DNA from: Bigelowiella natans CCMP2755
Lineage: Eukaryota; Protista; Cercozoa
Direction of reading: 5' to 3'
Assembly: GCA_000320545.1 (NCBI GenBank)
Contig: ADNK01003025.1
Location: 124,001-188,000 of the forward strand
DNA length: 64,000 bases
Shown: piece by piece, positions 37,150 through 50,880 of the stretch
Numbering within the stretch: position 1 is the first letter of the stretch
Layout: each line of letters starts with the position of its first letter
Program-made: the position numbers and the translations under genes
Notes under the pieces: generated by a model
Seen by the model: only the letters and a program-made list of their open reading frames with translations
Told to the model about the DNA's origin: nothing
The model's database searches: none

Positions 37150-38070
37150 CACGCCATGTGGTTACCCTACACTCTTCAGACGCAATTAGCTACGCGAGGG
37201 CTATATGTGTGCATAATGTTTATAGCGCATGCTATATCATAGAGACAGAGCTCTCTTAAGAGAGCATTGTGTCTCTAGTTAATATTCTATACATATATGC
37301 TATATAGCTCCGCATTTCCTTTCAACATCTGTTCGGATGGAAAAAGATATTTACAACAAATGCACATGTGTTCGACACAATGTGTCTAAAGAGATAGAGC
37401 TCTCTTAGCAGAGTGCTGGTCTCTCTCAAGTGTATCAATGCTTGCCTTACCAGCGCGACAAACAATAACAGTAGAGCACGTGGTGCTGAAAAGCATTCCT
37501 AAAATTTAGTATTTTAGATGATACATACTATACTAGCTAGAGCAAGCTGGTATGCCGTGTGATGTGCACGCATGCGTTACTACTAAAAACGATGTTACAT
37601 CGCATACGCATCTCTAGATCAGATCTGCGCTACATGTGCCGCCCATGCCATATCTAGACATGCTCTGTAGCTTTCTAGCTTTGATTAGAGCCTGCAATGG
37701 TACATGTGCAGCTGCCATGCACACGTGCTGGTTCAACACCGTTCAAATCACTAGCAAGCTAGCTAGACCATCTGACCGTGCATGGCTATGATGATCCAGG
37801 TGATGATCGATGCTGCTGATGGTGGTGGATTCAGATGGTGATGACAATTTAGATGGCACAGCGATGCGAGTGCAATGTGCATGCTGTATTTGCACCATCT
37901 GTGTGTCATGCTGCACAATAAGCATGAGTTGAAAGTGGACACTTCAGCCTGGCAGCCTGCGGATGCGCCAGAAGTTCATGTGTAACCGCGCTCGTAGATC
38001 AATGCTAGCTTGTTGCGATGCATGCCTGCCTCAGTGGTGTAGCAGTTCGACCCGCATGCACATGTTGCCA
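37150..38070. other. CTAG/CATG-rich intergenic zone 2 (between convergent genes)
   Basis: About 8 CTAG in 37500-37800 and dense CATG/TGCA. Confidence 0.7.
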
Positions 38071-38212
38071 TTCTTCAAAACCCCATAAATGTCTGCGCTT
38101 CTGGCTTTTGGTCGCAGTCGAGTGGAGAATGTCAAACTGACGAGCGCCGTTCGGATGATCTTACTTGCACAAAATGCATCTCATATCTCAGTTACAATAT
38201 TTCGAAATACGA

Positions 38213-38495
38213 TCATATAAAATGTCCTAACCGTCTGCAAAGTAACATCATCAAAGTAGACATTACAACGACTCTAAAGCCTGTAGCTATGACATGCAGC
38301 TTTTCAGTCTGGCAATACTGGTTCTTCCGATGATATAGGAGGAAAGATGCAATCCAATGGGAAACGATGCCAGCGTCCGTCTGATCATAGTACCAACGTG
38401 ATGAAACCTTTTTCTAATTTTGTAATACATATATGTATATATGCACTTGATCTAAATATATAATATATTTATATCAATATCAATATATATATAAA

Positions 38496-38538
<43 letters not shown>

Positions 38539-38541
38539 TGT

Positions 38542-38577
<36 letters not shown>

Positions 38578-40381
38578 AACCTGGAAGTTGAGCGATTCAA
38601 CAGCATACTTGTATTCATTGTCTGCAAATCTGTGACTTCTCAAGGAATAAAGATCTTTGGCAAACTCTGTGGTGAACTCTGGATGGGTCTGGCGGTTGAA
38701 ACAGTGAAATTCTCATCTGTCTATAATTGATGGGAGTGAAAAGTGAAGGGAAAACCTGAATGGTCCAAATGTGTTCTCCTACAGCAAACATCCCAATTGG
38801 ACAGAAACTTGATCCAGCAAGAAGTTTCGCCTTCGGGGGCATCTCGATGACCTGGTCCTAACATGTCCGCACTCAAGACTTTGGGAAACGATGTAATCTT
38901 CTAAATTTCTCATCATTAGTCGAGGAAGTGAAGAATCCTGTTTGCGGATCCGAAAACATCATGCCAATACTTCCATCAACAGAGCGCACCAAAGCTCCCT
39001 ACCTGGTGGCTCGCAACTGCTTTCACAGTGTCTATCCTAGGGCTAAACCATGGGTGTTCGATTTTCCTGAAAGAGTTCTTGGATATGTATGACACAAACA
39101 CAGAAAAATCAGCAATAGTAGTGCAGAAATGGTTGGACATGATTATCACTCGGTTATCCATAACCTTCTTCCAACTGTATGTATGAACGCCTATTCCCTA
39201 AATGAAAAAGCGAATCAGGGATACGAATTTTCGGGTTATGTAACATACTCGAATGACTCTTCGGAGATTAGATCATAACAAGAGATTGTACCAAAAAAAC
39301 ACTATGGTAGAATGCAGTGAGTATGTCATTGGAATGGTTTTGCTTAGACGAGTTTACAAAAGCTTGAGTACCCATCCTTTCCCTGATTTCCCTACCTTCC
39401 CACCTTGAGAATAGTATATAATGACCACGTAATCATATGAAAACCCACATTTATGAGAACAAATGAAAAAAGATGTGTCACGAGGACACGAAGTAGCATG
39501 GTTGCTGAGAGTCTGGTTGCAGTATCGTAAGTGATGGTCTCAGCATGCATCGAATACCGAGTGCTTGCGCTACAATTTGATGTCCAAAGCATATGCCTAT
39601 CAAAGGGTGCTTGATACGATCAGCGCTGCGAACGAAGTCTTCTAAATGCTGAATCCATTCCTCTTGGTCGTACGCACTGAAAATTGGAGATGAAAAGAGG
39701 AGAGGGTTACCTACAGACTTGGGAATATTAATATCAGAACTCTCATTTTCTTGTATACACGCAGTACAACTCTATATTGCACCTGCTAGGACTGCCTGTG
39801 ACAATGTACAAGTCACATTCACGTATTTCCAAAGGAAGTTCCTGCTTCTGTGCGTCGTAGACCCGAAACTGTGTCCTGGATGGAGTTTATGATACGATAA
39901 CTTTAGCCCGGAACGAGAGTAATAAGGATGATTGGGAAGGCATACGCGAAGGATGTGGCTTTCTCAGAGCGCTTCTGATCATGTTCTGCGTCCAAAAAAT
40001 CCACAGTCTCATTCCGTTCCGCCAGCAAGACGAAGTTCCGATATATTTCTTCAATACTCCTTAGAATGTGGTATAGCCATACACTCAGGGCATGCACACG
40101 TTAGCTTCTTTAAATTCACTAGTACCCATGCCTGTTGAGCTTTTGAGGCGATTCCATGCATTTTATGATCCCAACCGAGTGCACTAAATGCAAAATTGAG
40201 TCTCAGCATCTGAGTTAATGAGCGACCGCACAGTTCAAACGACCATACACCACCAATTTCTTGTTAAACAAACAATCGAAGCTTTATTCTGTTGTTCGCA
40301 GCAGTGCGGCAAGGCTGAATGATGTGTCTGCCGAGAGGCAAAGACTATAGAACAGACACGTCGACCATGGGGCGAGCTCAT
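38213..40381 (-). CDS. Class I glutamine amidotransferase-like protein (GATase1 / gamma-glutamyl peptidase type), multi-exon; start and end approximate
   Basis: Minus-strand exons translate to DLYIVTGSPS|AYDQEEWI...HPLIGICFGHQIVAQALG|GKVGKSGKGW|GIGV...ASHQ|DQVIEMPPKAKLLAGSSFCPIGMF...WTIQ|THPEF. The Cys nucleophile elbow and His-Pro-Glu are present. The ORF track largely misses this gene. Confidence 0.85.
38450..38576. repeat. Intronic compound microsatellite (TA)n(TG)n
   Basis: Read directly; similar (CA)n(TA)n at 48608-48660. Confidence 0.85.
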
Positions 40382-40624
40382 CGGCAACGGCCTCAAAGAT
40401 GGTAAATATTTTAAGCGGAATATATCTATATAAATATTTGAATAACTTGCAGAAAATTGGCCTTTTAAAGGACATAGTGCATTCCCAAATCTTTGCATTC
40501 TTCGGTCAAATGCAGGGTGAATTCTGTGCTATCAGGTCAACGTTGAGCGAAGCATTTCCAGCTTCTTCCTCGGAGCTGCTTTCCTCCCACCCACCCACAA
40601 TCTGCCAAACGCAAAGCGTTCACA

Positions 40625-43150
40625 ATGGGAGTCCCTTCGTTTTATCGGTGGCTTTCAAAAAGGTTGGGGATAAGAAATGGGGCGTGCACGCTGCGGTTGA
40701 CTAGGGTCTAAGAACTTATTCTGGCATCTTTCCTTTCCAGGTTCCCACGCATTGTGGTTGACGCAAAAGAGGAAGAGGCAGAAAATGGCAGGGTTGTAGA
40801 CACAACGAAGTAAGTAGATCTTCTTAGATGTATTTAGCAAACCAAGTTGGGAGTTTATTCGATGTTTGAATTCTGCAATCACGGTTCTTCATCAGGCCAA
40901 ATCCAAACGGGGTGGAATATGACAATTTATACTTGGATATGAACGGGTATTTCCTTTCCACCCTCGCAATCTGATTGAAATTGGGTTTAATTTATTATTA
41001 ACCTATGCCTCTCTCTTCGATTTTGAAAAGGATAATCCACCCATGTTGCCATCCCGAAGATAAGATTGCACCCAGTACCGAGGAGGAAATGATTCTTGAG
41101 GTGACATCAGATAACGCTTACAAAATCTCAAGAAAGATGTGTGTGTTCAAAATTTCCCGTTCCTCCTCCCATATATTTACCAGGTCTTCAAATATATTGA
41201 CCGGATCTTTGCAATCGTCAGGCCTCGCAAATTAATGTGAGTATTAGCTATTGCTCTTGAATGGAAATCGAGGTTGACATATCCTAAATGATTTATTTCT
41301 CTCTGTTTCAGATACATGGCGATTGATGGAGTGGCTCCAAGAGCGAAAATGAATCAGCAGAGGTTTGAAGTCTAATAAGTTGCGCTAATATACATCAACG
41401 CCGAAGCCTGATCACCGAGACATGAACCGTATGCTACCGCAAGATTCACCACCCCTCCCTCCTCCTCCTCCTCCTCCTCCTCCTCCTCCTCCTCATATTA
41501 TTAATAGAAATGATTATGACCACCACCATCATTTTCGTCGTTGTCCATGTCACACCATTTTTTAATTATTAGATCACGGCGATTCCGGTCGGCGAAGGAG
41601 GCAACAGAGAACGCTGAACGCGAGGAAAAGTTGCGCAAAGACTGGATTAAAAGGTCCCAGACCAAAAAGACTAACTTCTTGGGCTAAAATTTTTTTATGT
41701 TTGCTGCTCGCTTCTTCACCCTTATCCCTCGCATGCAAGAGAATATGATCCAATTTGAATTCTCGTTTTTTTTTTCCCCTTTGGTTGTGGTCCTAATGTT
41801 TCTAGAGGTTTCAAGATACAAGAGAAGCGGCCACCAGCGTGGGACTCCAACGTAATTACACCGGGAACACCTTTCATGGACAAGTTAGCAAAGGCCTTGC
41901 ACTACTATATCCACAAGAGGTTGCAGTCGGATCCCGGGTGGCGCGGTATCAAGGTCCGTTTTTCAAAAAAACAACGCAATCAAGTTCAGTCACCCCACAC
42001 CGAAACAACAGCTGCCCCAGCGAGAGAGTGGGAGCAGTTGCTGGACGCTGCATGCAGTGCTGCATGTGTCATGATACATGAGATAGGATCGCATGGGCAT
42101 GCCAACCAAGTTTCCCATATTTGATGATCAAATCGTGATGATAAACACAGGTCATCTTCTCCGATGCGGCCGTACCTGGGGAGGGGGAGCACAAGATTAT
42201 GCATTTTATAAGGATGCAAAGGGCACAAAAGAAGTATATAGTCGAATCTTAATATCCAAACAACAACGAATATATCTCGCTTCCTACAATTGGGAGGGAT
42301 GAAAGCTAATAGGACTGTTTCTTTGTTTTTATTAGTTACGACCCGAACACGAGGCACTGTTTATATGGGATGGACGCCGACCTTATCATGCTTGGTCTCG
42401 CCTCTCACGATCCTCATTTCTCGATTATCCGAGAGGTATAGGTGTCTAAGGGTGCTAGTTTGTGCTGTTTTCGTTGATACAGCAGGGCAGCTATCTGACA
42501 CTTCTTTGTCGACATCATAACTGAAACAACTAACTTGCTTCGTTCTCTCTGCTGTTTTTTTCGAATCTGCATCATCTGGCTTGCTCCTCTTTCCAAGATG
42601 GTGGTTGACAAGCAGACCGATCAAAAGTGCTGGCGTTGTGGCATGACGGTCAATTATCCCTCCCCCCCCCTCTCTCTAAAAGCACTCACATGGATTATTG
42701 ATCTATTTCTTCCCCCGTCCCTTCCTATTTATTTGTAAAGCCTAATCGCGTAAACGTTTCATGCATTTCAGGGACACATTGCCTCCGAATGCACCGGCGA
42801 GATAGAGAAAATGAAGGAGGAGCAGTCGAAAGCAAAGAACCTCAGGTTTGTAATAGGAAGAGTAGTTTATAACTACTACAACAACAACTACTACTACTAG
42901 TAGTACTGCTGCTGCTACAACTGCTACTACTGCTGCTATTCATAAATAAGTTAATACGCAAGAGCAAGGGGAAAATTCGCTTGTGACTTGGATGATGTTT
43001 GCTTAGGCCTTACCAGTTTTTACATATCAACGTTCTACGAGAGTATTTGGAGAGAGAGCTTATGGTCCACTGTCGGCTTCCTTTTCAGTACGATTTTGAG
43101 AAGATGGTCGATGATTGGGTAAATCTAAGCGTTTTTGGTCCATCGTCCCT

Positions 43151-43195
<45 letters not shown>

Positions 43196-44113
43196 AGCGA
43201 TCCCCCAAATTGTCATCCCTTCATCACCTGCTACTACGTACGTACCGTGGTATCTGTTTTGTCCTCCTCCTCTTCCTCCTCAATGATGATTTAGGTGATG
43301 CTTTGTTTCCTGGTCGGGAATGACTTTCTCCCTCACCTGCCGTCCCTGTCGATCCGCGAGGGGGCGATTGTGCTCTTAAGTGACATGTACGTTGCCGTTG
43401 CAGAAAATAATTTATTTTGTAGTTGCAGTAGTAATATCGGTGAGTATAGGTGTACACCGTGATCATCACCGTTGTTGTTGTGTTGATGTCTTCGGTCGTA
43501 GGCTGAAGGGGCTTCTCCCTTTCCTCGGTGGATATCTCACTGAAAACAACGAAATCAACTTGACTCGCCTGGCCATCTTCCTCAACAAACTCGGGGATAA
43601 AGAGGTAGTTGGTTATACACCGTAAGACAGATGGGCCATGATCGGCATACCGGTGGTGATGCCGCACCAAGAGGGGGGATGAAAGTATGACGATGATGAT
43701 GATGACGACGACGATGATGATAACAATGGTGATGTTTATGTCGATGGAGAGGGGAACGATGATACTGATGCTGGTGCTTTGACATAGTATGTTATGCAGT
43801 CAATCGTAACAATAATTCATTTCTTCACTTCTCAGAACGGAATTTTGATGAGACGGGGGCAGCGAGACAAGGTGCGAAAAAGCATGATTGACTGCTATGT
43901 AAGAGAGGGGTCAACTGTTCTAAAGCAGCAGTAAGTCGTAGCATCAAAGTGCTTCTTCATCGTGTTCTATTATCGTGGTCCTTCATTTACTTGTTCCTAT
44001 CATCATTATCATCATCGTCGTCGTCAATGTTTTTCATGTCCAACAACTGTATGTTTCATCACCGTGAATGCAACGCTTTGCTACCACACCGCGACCAAAC
44101 GCTACTGCAACCG

Positions 44114-44149
<36 letters not shown>

Positions 44150-47100
44150 TGCACGCAGGCGAGGCGTGCCCGGAATAAGCGAGAGGATGAACTGAGAAAG
44201 TGGAACAAGGAGCGAAAGAAAAAAGGTACCTATAAAACGTGAAATGGGGTGGGTAGATATGCAAATCCAATCTGTATGAGAGCCTGCTGGCTTACGATTC
44301 GCTCGTTCATTGTCCTCTCCCCATCCTGCTAATACTTCCTCTACCCCCCACTATTACCGACCACCCTGTCAGATCCGAAATTTACGGGGAATTTGATATT
44401 CAGCGTCGATACAGGGCATAGGCAAACCCACGTTATGAAAGTAAGTAGCACGGTGATTCATCGCAGATGTGAATGTCTGCGACCTACCGAATGATCTCTT
44501 CTCCCTTGCATAAACATTTGTTCTAAATATCTTCGTCATCGTGGGTTTGTTTCCCTGCTCTGCCTTTTCAGCAACAAGGTGCTGCTGCTGCTGCTGCTGC
44601 TCCACAACCAAAGGTAGAACCCCCCTCTGCAGATAAGAACAAAGCCGCAGCTGCAGCCTTGAGGAAAAGGCTCAAGCGGAAGATTAGTGCAGCTAGTAAG
44701 GATGTGTCGGTTGACGCGGAGAAGGCTGGCGTCGTTGTCAAGAAGGAAGACCCCGATAAGCAACCTGCAGAGCAAAATGGGATCTCGGAGCAGGCAGAAG
44801 GAGGTCGTTCATTCCTAATTCTTTTTTGTCTCCATAATTAAAATCACCCAAATATTGAAGATGAAGAGGGGATGGTAGGGGCTGTGAATAGATTCTTAGA
44901 GTCTGCTGTAAAGGCTGCTGCTCACGGCTGCTGCTGCGTTTATCAACGTGTATGTGCGTAGGTAGCGTAACGAACATGAAGGTGGAAGGCGGTGACGATG
45001 GCAAAAATGCGGTGGTAAAGGAGGAGAAGATGGATGATAATAATGATCACGCAATTAAGAAGAAAGTCGTAGATAGTGGCAGTAAAGATAATTCTAGTAC
45101 CCATGAAAAACCCCAAAAACGTGCGCGCTCAGAAGACTTCAAGGCTAACAAGGTGAGAGGGAGAGGGAATGCTGGAGTTTGCTGTGAAAAAATCATTATC
45201 ATTTTTGGTTTCCACTCGCTTTCATCTCTGACTTCCAGTTGTAAATGCTGTTGTTAAAGGGGAAGGCCGAGTTTGAGAAAAAGGACGCAAAGGAGGAAAT
45301 CGGTAATGCGACCGAGTGTAGTTTGCACATTTGTCATTGAGAAGCTGCTGTTCGTCTTGATAGTGGTCATGGTCCAACGATCGGCTGTATATTGCAATTC
45401 CAATTATATGTGTTGGGTTGTGGTTTGGCGTATTGTGTTGTGCATGGATTTCGTTGCAATAATATGGGTTGTTGTAACTTGTTGTGTTTGTGCATGGATT
45501 TTGAAACGCAGCCGCACAGAAAGAGGCTGCTCCCCCATCCTCCCTCTCTACTGTGGATTCTTCGTCCTCCTCTGCGGAGAGACTCCAGAAAACAGATCCA
45601 GAGCTCCGAAAGGACATGGCAGATTGGTGAGCAAAAGAACAACAGAATTCGTGACATTAATCATAATGTCAGTTGAGAACATTGAGTTTCAATCTGCACG
45701 CCCCCGCTCCCTCCCCTCTCCCCCTCTCCCTTCCTCAGGGAACTCGCCAAAGTCGAATTCATCAACCCAGAGACCGATTACCGCATGGCCGTGAAGCAGA
45801 AGAACGTGAAGGCGAACATGATAGAAAACCCTAAGGATGACATTCGATTTGGGGAGGAAGGCTGGAAGGAGCGGTAAGAAAGAGGAGGATATGTTGCGAG
45901 CGACGTGCGAAAGATGACATACATCCCCGCAGTCCACACATTGCACTTTCGTCGTGTGAAATCCGATCACGTGAGTATTTTGCATCAAAGGTACTACAAG
46001 ATAAAGATGGGCATCGACATCGCAAACAAGACGAAGGATGAAAAATACCGAGAGCTGCTGCTCAAGTACACGGAGGGACTGGTTTGGGTATACAGGTATT
46101 ACTACCAAGGATGCACTTCATGGAGCTGGTTCTTCCCATTCCACTACTCGCCGATGGCCTCGGATCTCGGCGGAATCGACGAATTCGAGATGAAATTCAA
46201 CCTTGACAAGCCGTTCAAGCCTCTGGGCCAGCTGATGGGGGTTCGTTAGTTCGTTGTTCGTTCGTAGTAGAGCTCGCACCCACGCACGCACATGGCTACT
46301 GCTGCGGCGGATGATTACAGCACTTCCTCCTACCCAAACGAAGCCTGTTCTTCTTCCATACGCGTTTTTCTCTCACCTTTCGTACTGTACATGCACTGAA
46401 ATGAGGGGGGTCGATGGCTTGAGTCAACATTTGACCGAAGCATCGTCTATCACACGTACATATATAATCAACGAATCGTGCTTGTTCTCACCACGACACA
46501 TGACCATCGTTGTTGCTATTGTTTTCGACGAAAATAGGTTTTGCCGTCGCACAGCGCCCACTGTCTTCCCCCCAAGTGCAAGTACGTGTTAACATAGAGA
46601 GAGAAGGAAAGGAAAATGGGGCAGTTACTTGCCGATGATGGGGGGGGGGGGGGGAGGGGATAAGAGACATTAAAGGGGACGTAACTACCGTTCATCATTC
46701 CTTTGCAATGTCGCATATTTTCGAGCGTCATTCCCTCGATACGAAAGTTCTGTGGAATATGCTGGCGATGCTCTATTATTGCTGACACTATTCTGCTACT
46801 GCTGCTATAATCAACCGTATAGAGAATTGATGACGAGTGACGATTCGCCAATTAAGGACTTTTACCCTACTGACTTTGCACTCGATCTCAATGGTCAGTA
46901 ATGAACCTCGTGAGAGGGAGGGGGGGGGGGGGGGGATAATAGTGGTTTTGATGACGAAGATGATGTTGATCAAACACCCTGATGATAATGCATTTGGTCT
47001 GCCTTGCTATTTCGTAGTTCAAAACATCTATAGTCAGTAGTATCATTTCACCCTCATATCATTTGTCGTCATTTGATGATGTTGCTCATTTCTATTGCAG

Positions 47101-48626
47101 GGAAAAAGTACACATGGCAAGCGGTGGCACTATTGCCTTGGATCGATGAGAAGCGTCTCCAAGCGCAGATGGAAAAGGTAAGAGGATGATGATAACGACG
47201 GTGATGATTGTGATAGTAGCAGTGACTAGCGTGCTCGAGGATTTATCCTCCATCCGACTTTCTTCTTTCTCTTCCCCTATTAGATTGAAGCAACGTTAAC
47301 GGAAGAAGAGAAGGAAAGGAATAAAATGGGATTCAATCTGGTATTAGGCCATCACTCTACGATGAGTTGTGATGATGATGATGATGATAATGATGATGAA
47401 AATGATAATAATGGCAATGATGGTGATGCTGACGTCAACATAGGAGATATCTTCTTTCTTCTCTCTCTCCCTTCCTCCCTCCCCTCCCCCCCCTCTCTTA
47501 CAACGACGTTATCTATACATACACATACACAAACACATACACACACACACACACACACAATGTACTTGATATGATATGAAGGTGTTCGTGCACAAGGGAC
47601 ACCCGTTGGCCAATCACCTGTGTTCCATATATTCGGTATGCAGTCGTAACATTTCGCACAGCATTGCTGTTTTCGCTGTTTGTCGACTACAAGCACCCTC
47701 ATCTTGCTTTGTCGTGTGTGTGTGTGTGTGTGTCGTGGTAGGAATTCAAGGGCAGGCATTCCCACATGAGCAACGAGGAATTGCTCGAACACAAATCGGA
47801 GCTGGACTACAATCAGGGAGGCTTATCAGGGTGCTGCTGTCATTTCATTATCCATCATCGTCATCATCGACATCATCATCATCATTATCATGAATATTTT
47901 TTCTCACTTCTATGGTGGCGGTGATCAGGTTCGTCATACCATACCAAGATGCTATTACTCCAGGCGACGAATCATTCACCAAGCTAGAACTTCCACCGCT
48001 CAAAGACCTCCCGTAAACAATCACACTAGCTAAATACCTTCCAGATGAATGAAGTCTCTGTACGACAACAGCAACCTAATCCCCTTTGAAGCACGTCGCC
48101 GTCCCCATCACCTTTTAATCCCTTTCGACGGGCCCCCTCTTCCTTCTTCTCGCTTATTCTCTAACTACGTGCTCTCATTCCCGTTAACAACTCCCCGTCG
48201 ATGTCAGGGTCGTTTCCGCCAGATTTGAAGACCCTCTTGAAGGCAAGCACACATCAAAACTGCTGAGCACTCTTACGCCACCACCGCGTATCCTCAACGA
48301 TATGGATTTCGTTCAAGATAGGTAGTGTTTTGGGGGTGAGGGATGATCTAAAGCGTTGTTCTTATCATCATTCGTTGCTATTCACCTGCATATCTGGGGT
48401 TTTTCCCTGTCCTCAATGGCTCGTCATTTGTCACCTATGACGCAATAACGAGCTGAGAACTGCAACAATGATAATAACAAACGATCATAACAAAAGGCGC
48501 GGAAACTACGGTGGAAGGCCACGGCACCAGAACTTCCAGACGACAGGATTAAAGGGAATGGATGGAAACTGGTGGTGCACACGACACCAATGACATGATG
48601 ATAATGACACACACACACACACACAC

Positions 48627-48663
<37 letters not shown>

Positions 48664-49528
48664 GCATGTGCACCCAGTGGTGCTCCTGACGCACTGACAT
48701 TGATGTGAATGCTGCTAGTCGTACACTATCTCAACCTCAAATCGCTTATTCTTTCAACTCTTCAGGTCTCGAAACGCCTACGCGAACGCTAACATGGCGA
48801 GACACCTCCCGCAGATGCAAAGGGCTGCCATGCAAATGAGCGGAGGACGAGGCAGGATGGGGGGGATGCAGCGAGGAGGCGGCATGATGCAGCAGCAGCA
48901 GCAGCGCTCTTTCGGTGGCAGAGGCATGATGCATGGTGGTCGCTATCGACACCAGTCTAATCAGGCGTTGTTTATGGGCGGCCGCGGAAGGCACAACCGT
49001 GGCGGGGCGATGATGTCGTCAAGAGGTGGATACGGTAGGGGAGGCGGATATGGAATGAGGGGGGGACGACGTGGCGGCTACACGAGGGGTAGAGGTCGGT
49101 CATCATCATGATCATCATAACCGTCGCTATCATACTAGAATACCAAACTAACTCTCTGATCTATAAAAAGGAGGCTACACAGCACCCAACCATGGAGCTA
49201 GGGGCGCGTCGTCTTTATCAAGCCGCAGAGGCTCGAGAGGCGGTTACATCGCACCACGCGGGGGTGGTGGTGGTGGTGGTGGTGGTGGTGGTGGTGGGTA
49301 TGGCGGTAGTATGCAGAGCCGCCAAAACTTTCAGGTATAATGCCATTCGTTGCGGTGGTGATGGAGGCTATATTTTAATTCTCGTCATTAACAACCACAA
49401 CTGTGTAGAGGGACTTTGGAGCGTCTGGAAACTCGTATGCTGCCCTAGGAAACCTTCATGGAACCTTTAGAGGAGGACGGCGTGGAAGAAATCCTAGAAG
49501 TGGTACGAGAGGTGGATATTACAGGTGA
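40625..49528 (+). CDS. XRN2: 5'-3' exoribonuclease 2 (Rat1/XRN2), many introns
   Basis: [10 protein letters not shown] start; [14 protein letters not shown]; [17 protein letters not shown]; [13 protein letters not shown]; [10 protein letters not shown]; GMDADLIML; CCHC knuckle CWRCG..GHIASEC; GNDFLPHLP; [23 protein letters not shown]; RGG-rich tail ending at TGA 49526-49528. Confidence 0.92.
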
Positions 49529-49859
49529 AGCAGCACAATCGGATGGATGATGGACATGTGCGATGCGGATAGTCTAGCAGTAGCTGTTTGTGCTTTTCTG
49601 CTTTCGGACGTAGTATCAGAATGCTCTCCAGATTTGAACTTACGTGCATTCCTCATTCCGATGCTCGATTTATAACAGTTACGATAGATGTACCAACATG
49701 TTGCATTGATAGTTTGGAATGCAAATTGCAACAAAACGGAAGCTAGGAAACTCATATATACGTGCTGTAACCTAAATGAAAAGAATGACCAGAGGACATG
49801 AATGTGGACTACTTAATACGATGTGCTTCGTGTTTCATGATTTAAGTTGTCAATGATCG

Positions 49860-50700
49860 TTGCATTTCGATACATTAGTCGATCATTGCTCTTCACGTAC
49901 GACATGTTTAGATGTGCTGGCTAGCTGGGCCTACGAGCTAGCTAGTGGGCCAGCTAGCCAGGCTAGCAGGCATGTCTAGCGATGCACGATGTCTAATTGC
50001 ACCTGCTCCCCAATATAGGGCTATATAGCGTACGCACGTACGAACATATGTAGTTTCTAATATAATTTTTACCAACATATGTTCTATACCACATATATCA
50101 AATAATTAAGTGTTCAAGCACACACGAGTTTAGTCACATATGTGTCCCAGAGAACATGTGTTCTGAATCCGGGTACGCTCTATAGCTAGATAGCCTAATA
50201 TGTAGGGCTACATCTAAACATACTCCTGCTGCAACTTTTGCATGCTAGCATGCGGAGCGCTTCTAGCTAGCTAGCAGCAGTCACTGCTATATGTGAGATT
50301 CACAGCGATTGCCTTCTCCTTCATGCTAGCATGCTGGATGAACATGTCGTCTAGATATCTTCAATCTAGATAACTAGCTAGCTAGACTAATAAGTAGATG
50401 CGTTAAGTTGTCGAAGGTTAATTATATAATCTAGCTAGTAATGTCACATCAGATCGACATCATCAATGCTAGAATGCGATCGATCGGCGAACCTAGCTAC
50501 TAGCTACTAACAAATATGCATTTGAGGTATGCATAGGCATCACATGCAAGCTTAGCATGGCATGTCTAGATGTACACATCTGCTAGGCGTAGCCATGCAT
50601 GTAGTCCTAGAGTCCCTAGATACAGCGAGGGTCATGCCGATCTAGGTTATTGACGTCTAGTCAGGCGCAGTACGTGCCGACCGTGGTGGTACCAAAAGGT
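49860..50700. other. CTAG/CATG-rich intergenic zone 3 (between convergent XRN2 and PP1)
   Basis: About 28 CTAG in 49921-50660 by manual count. Confidence 0.85.
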
Positions 50701-50880
50701 TAGCTATCATCGCGTACGCTATTTGTAACTATGGTAGAATATTAGATACGTTGCAAAATTGGCACGTACTCTGTCAAGAGGTTTTATTATCGAGTAAATA
50801 TTTACACGGAGAACAAAATAAATCCTCTAGTTTGTGATAAATCCTAACTGCTACTCAAAAGCAAAAAATAGAACATAGTT

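Noticed and set aside
38028-38056. tRNA/SINE-like A-box and B-box (TCAGTGGTGTAGC...GTTCGACCC)
   Set aside because: The boxes are too close together and no cloverleaf can be formed.
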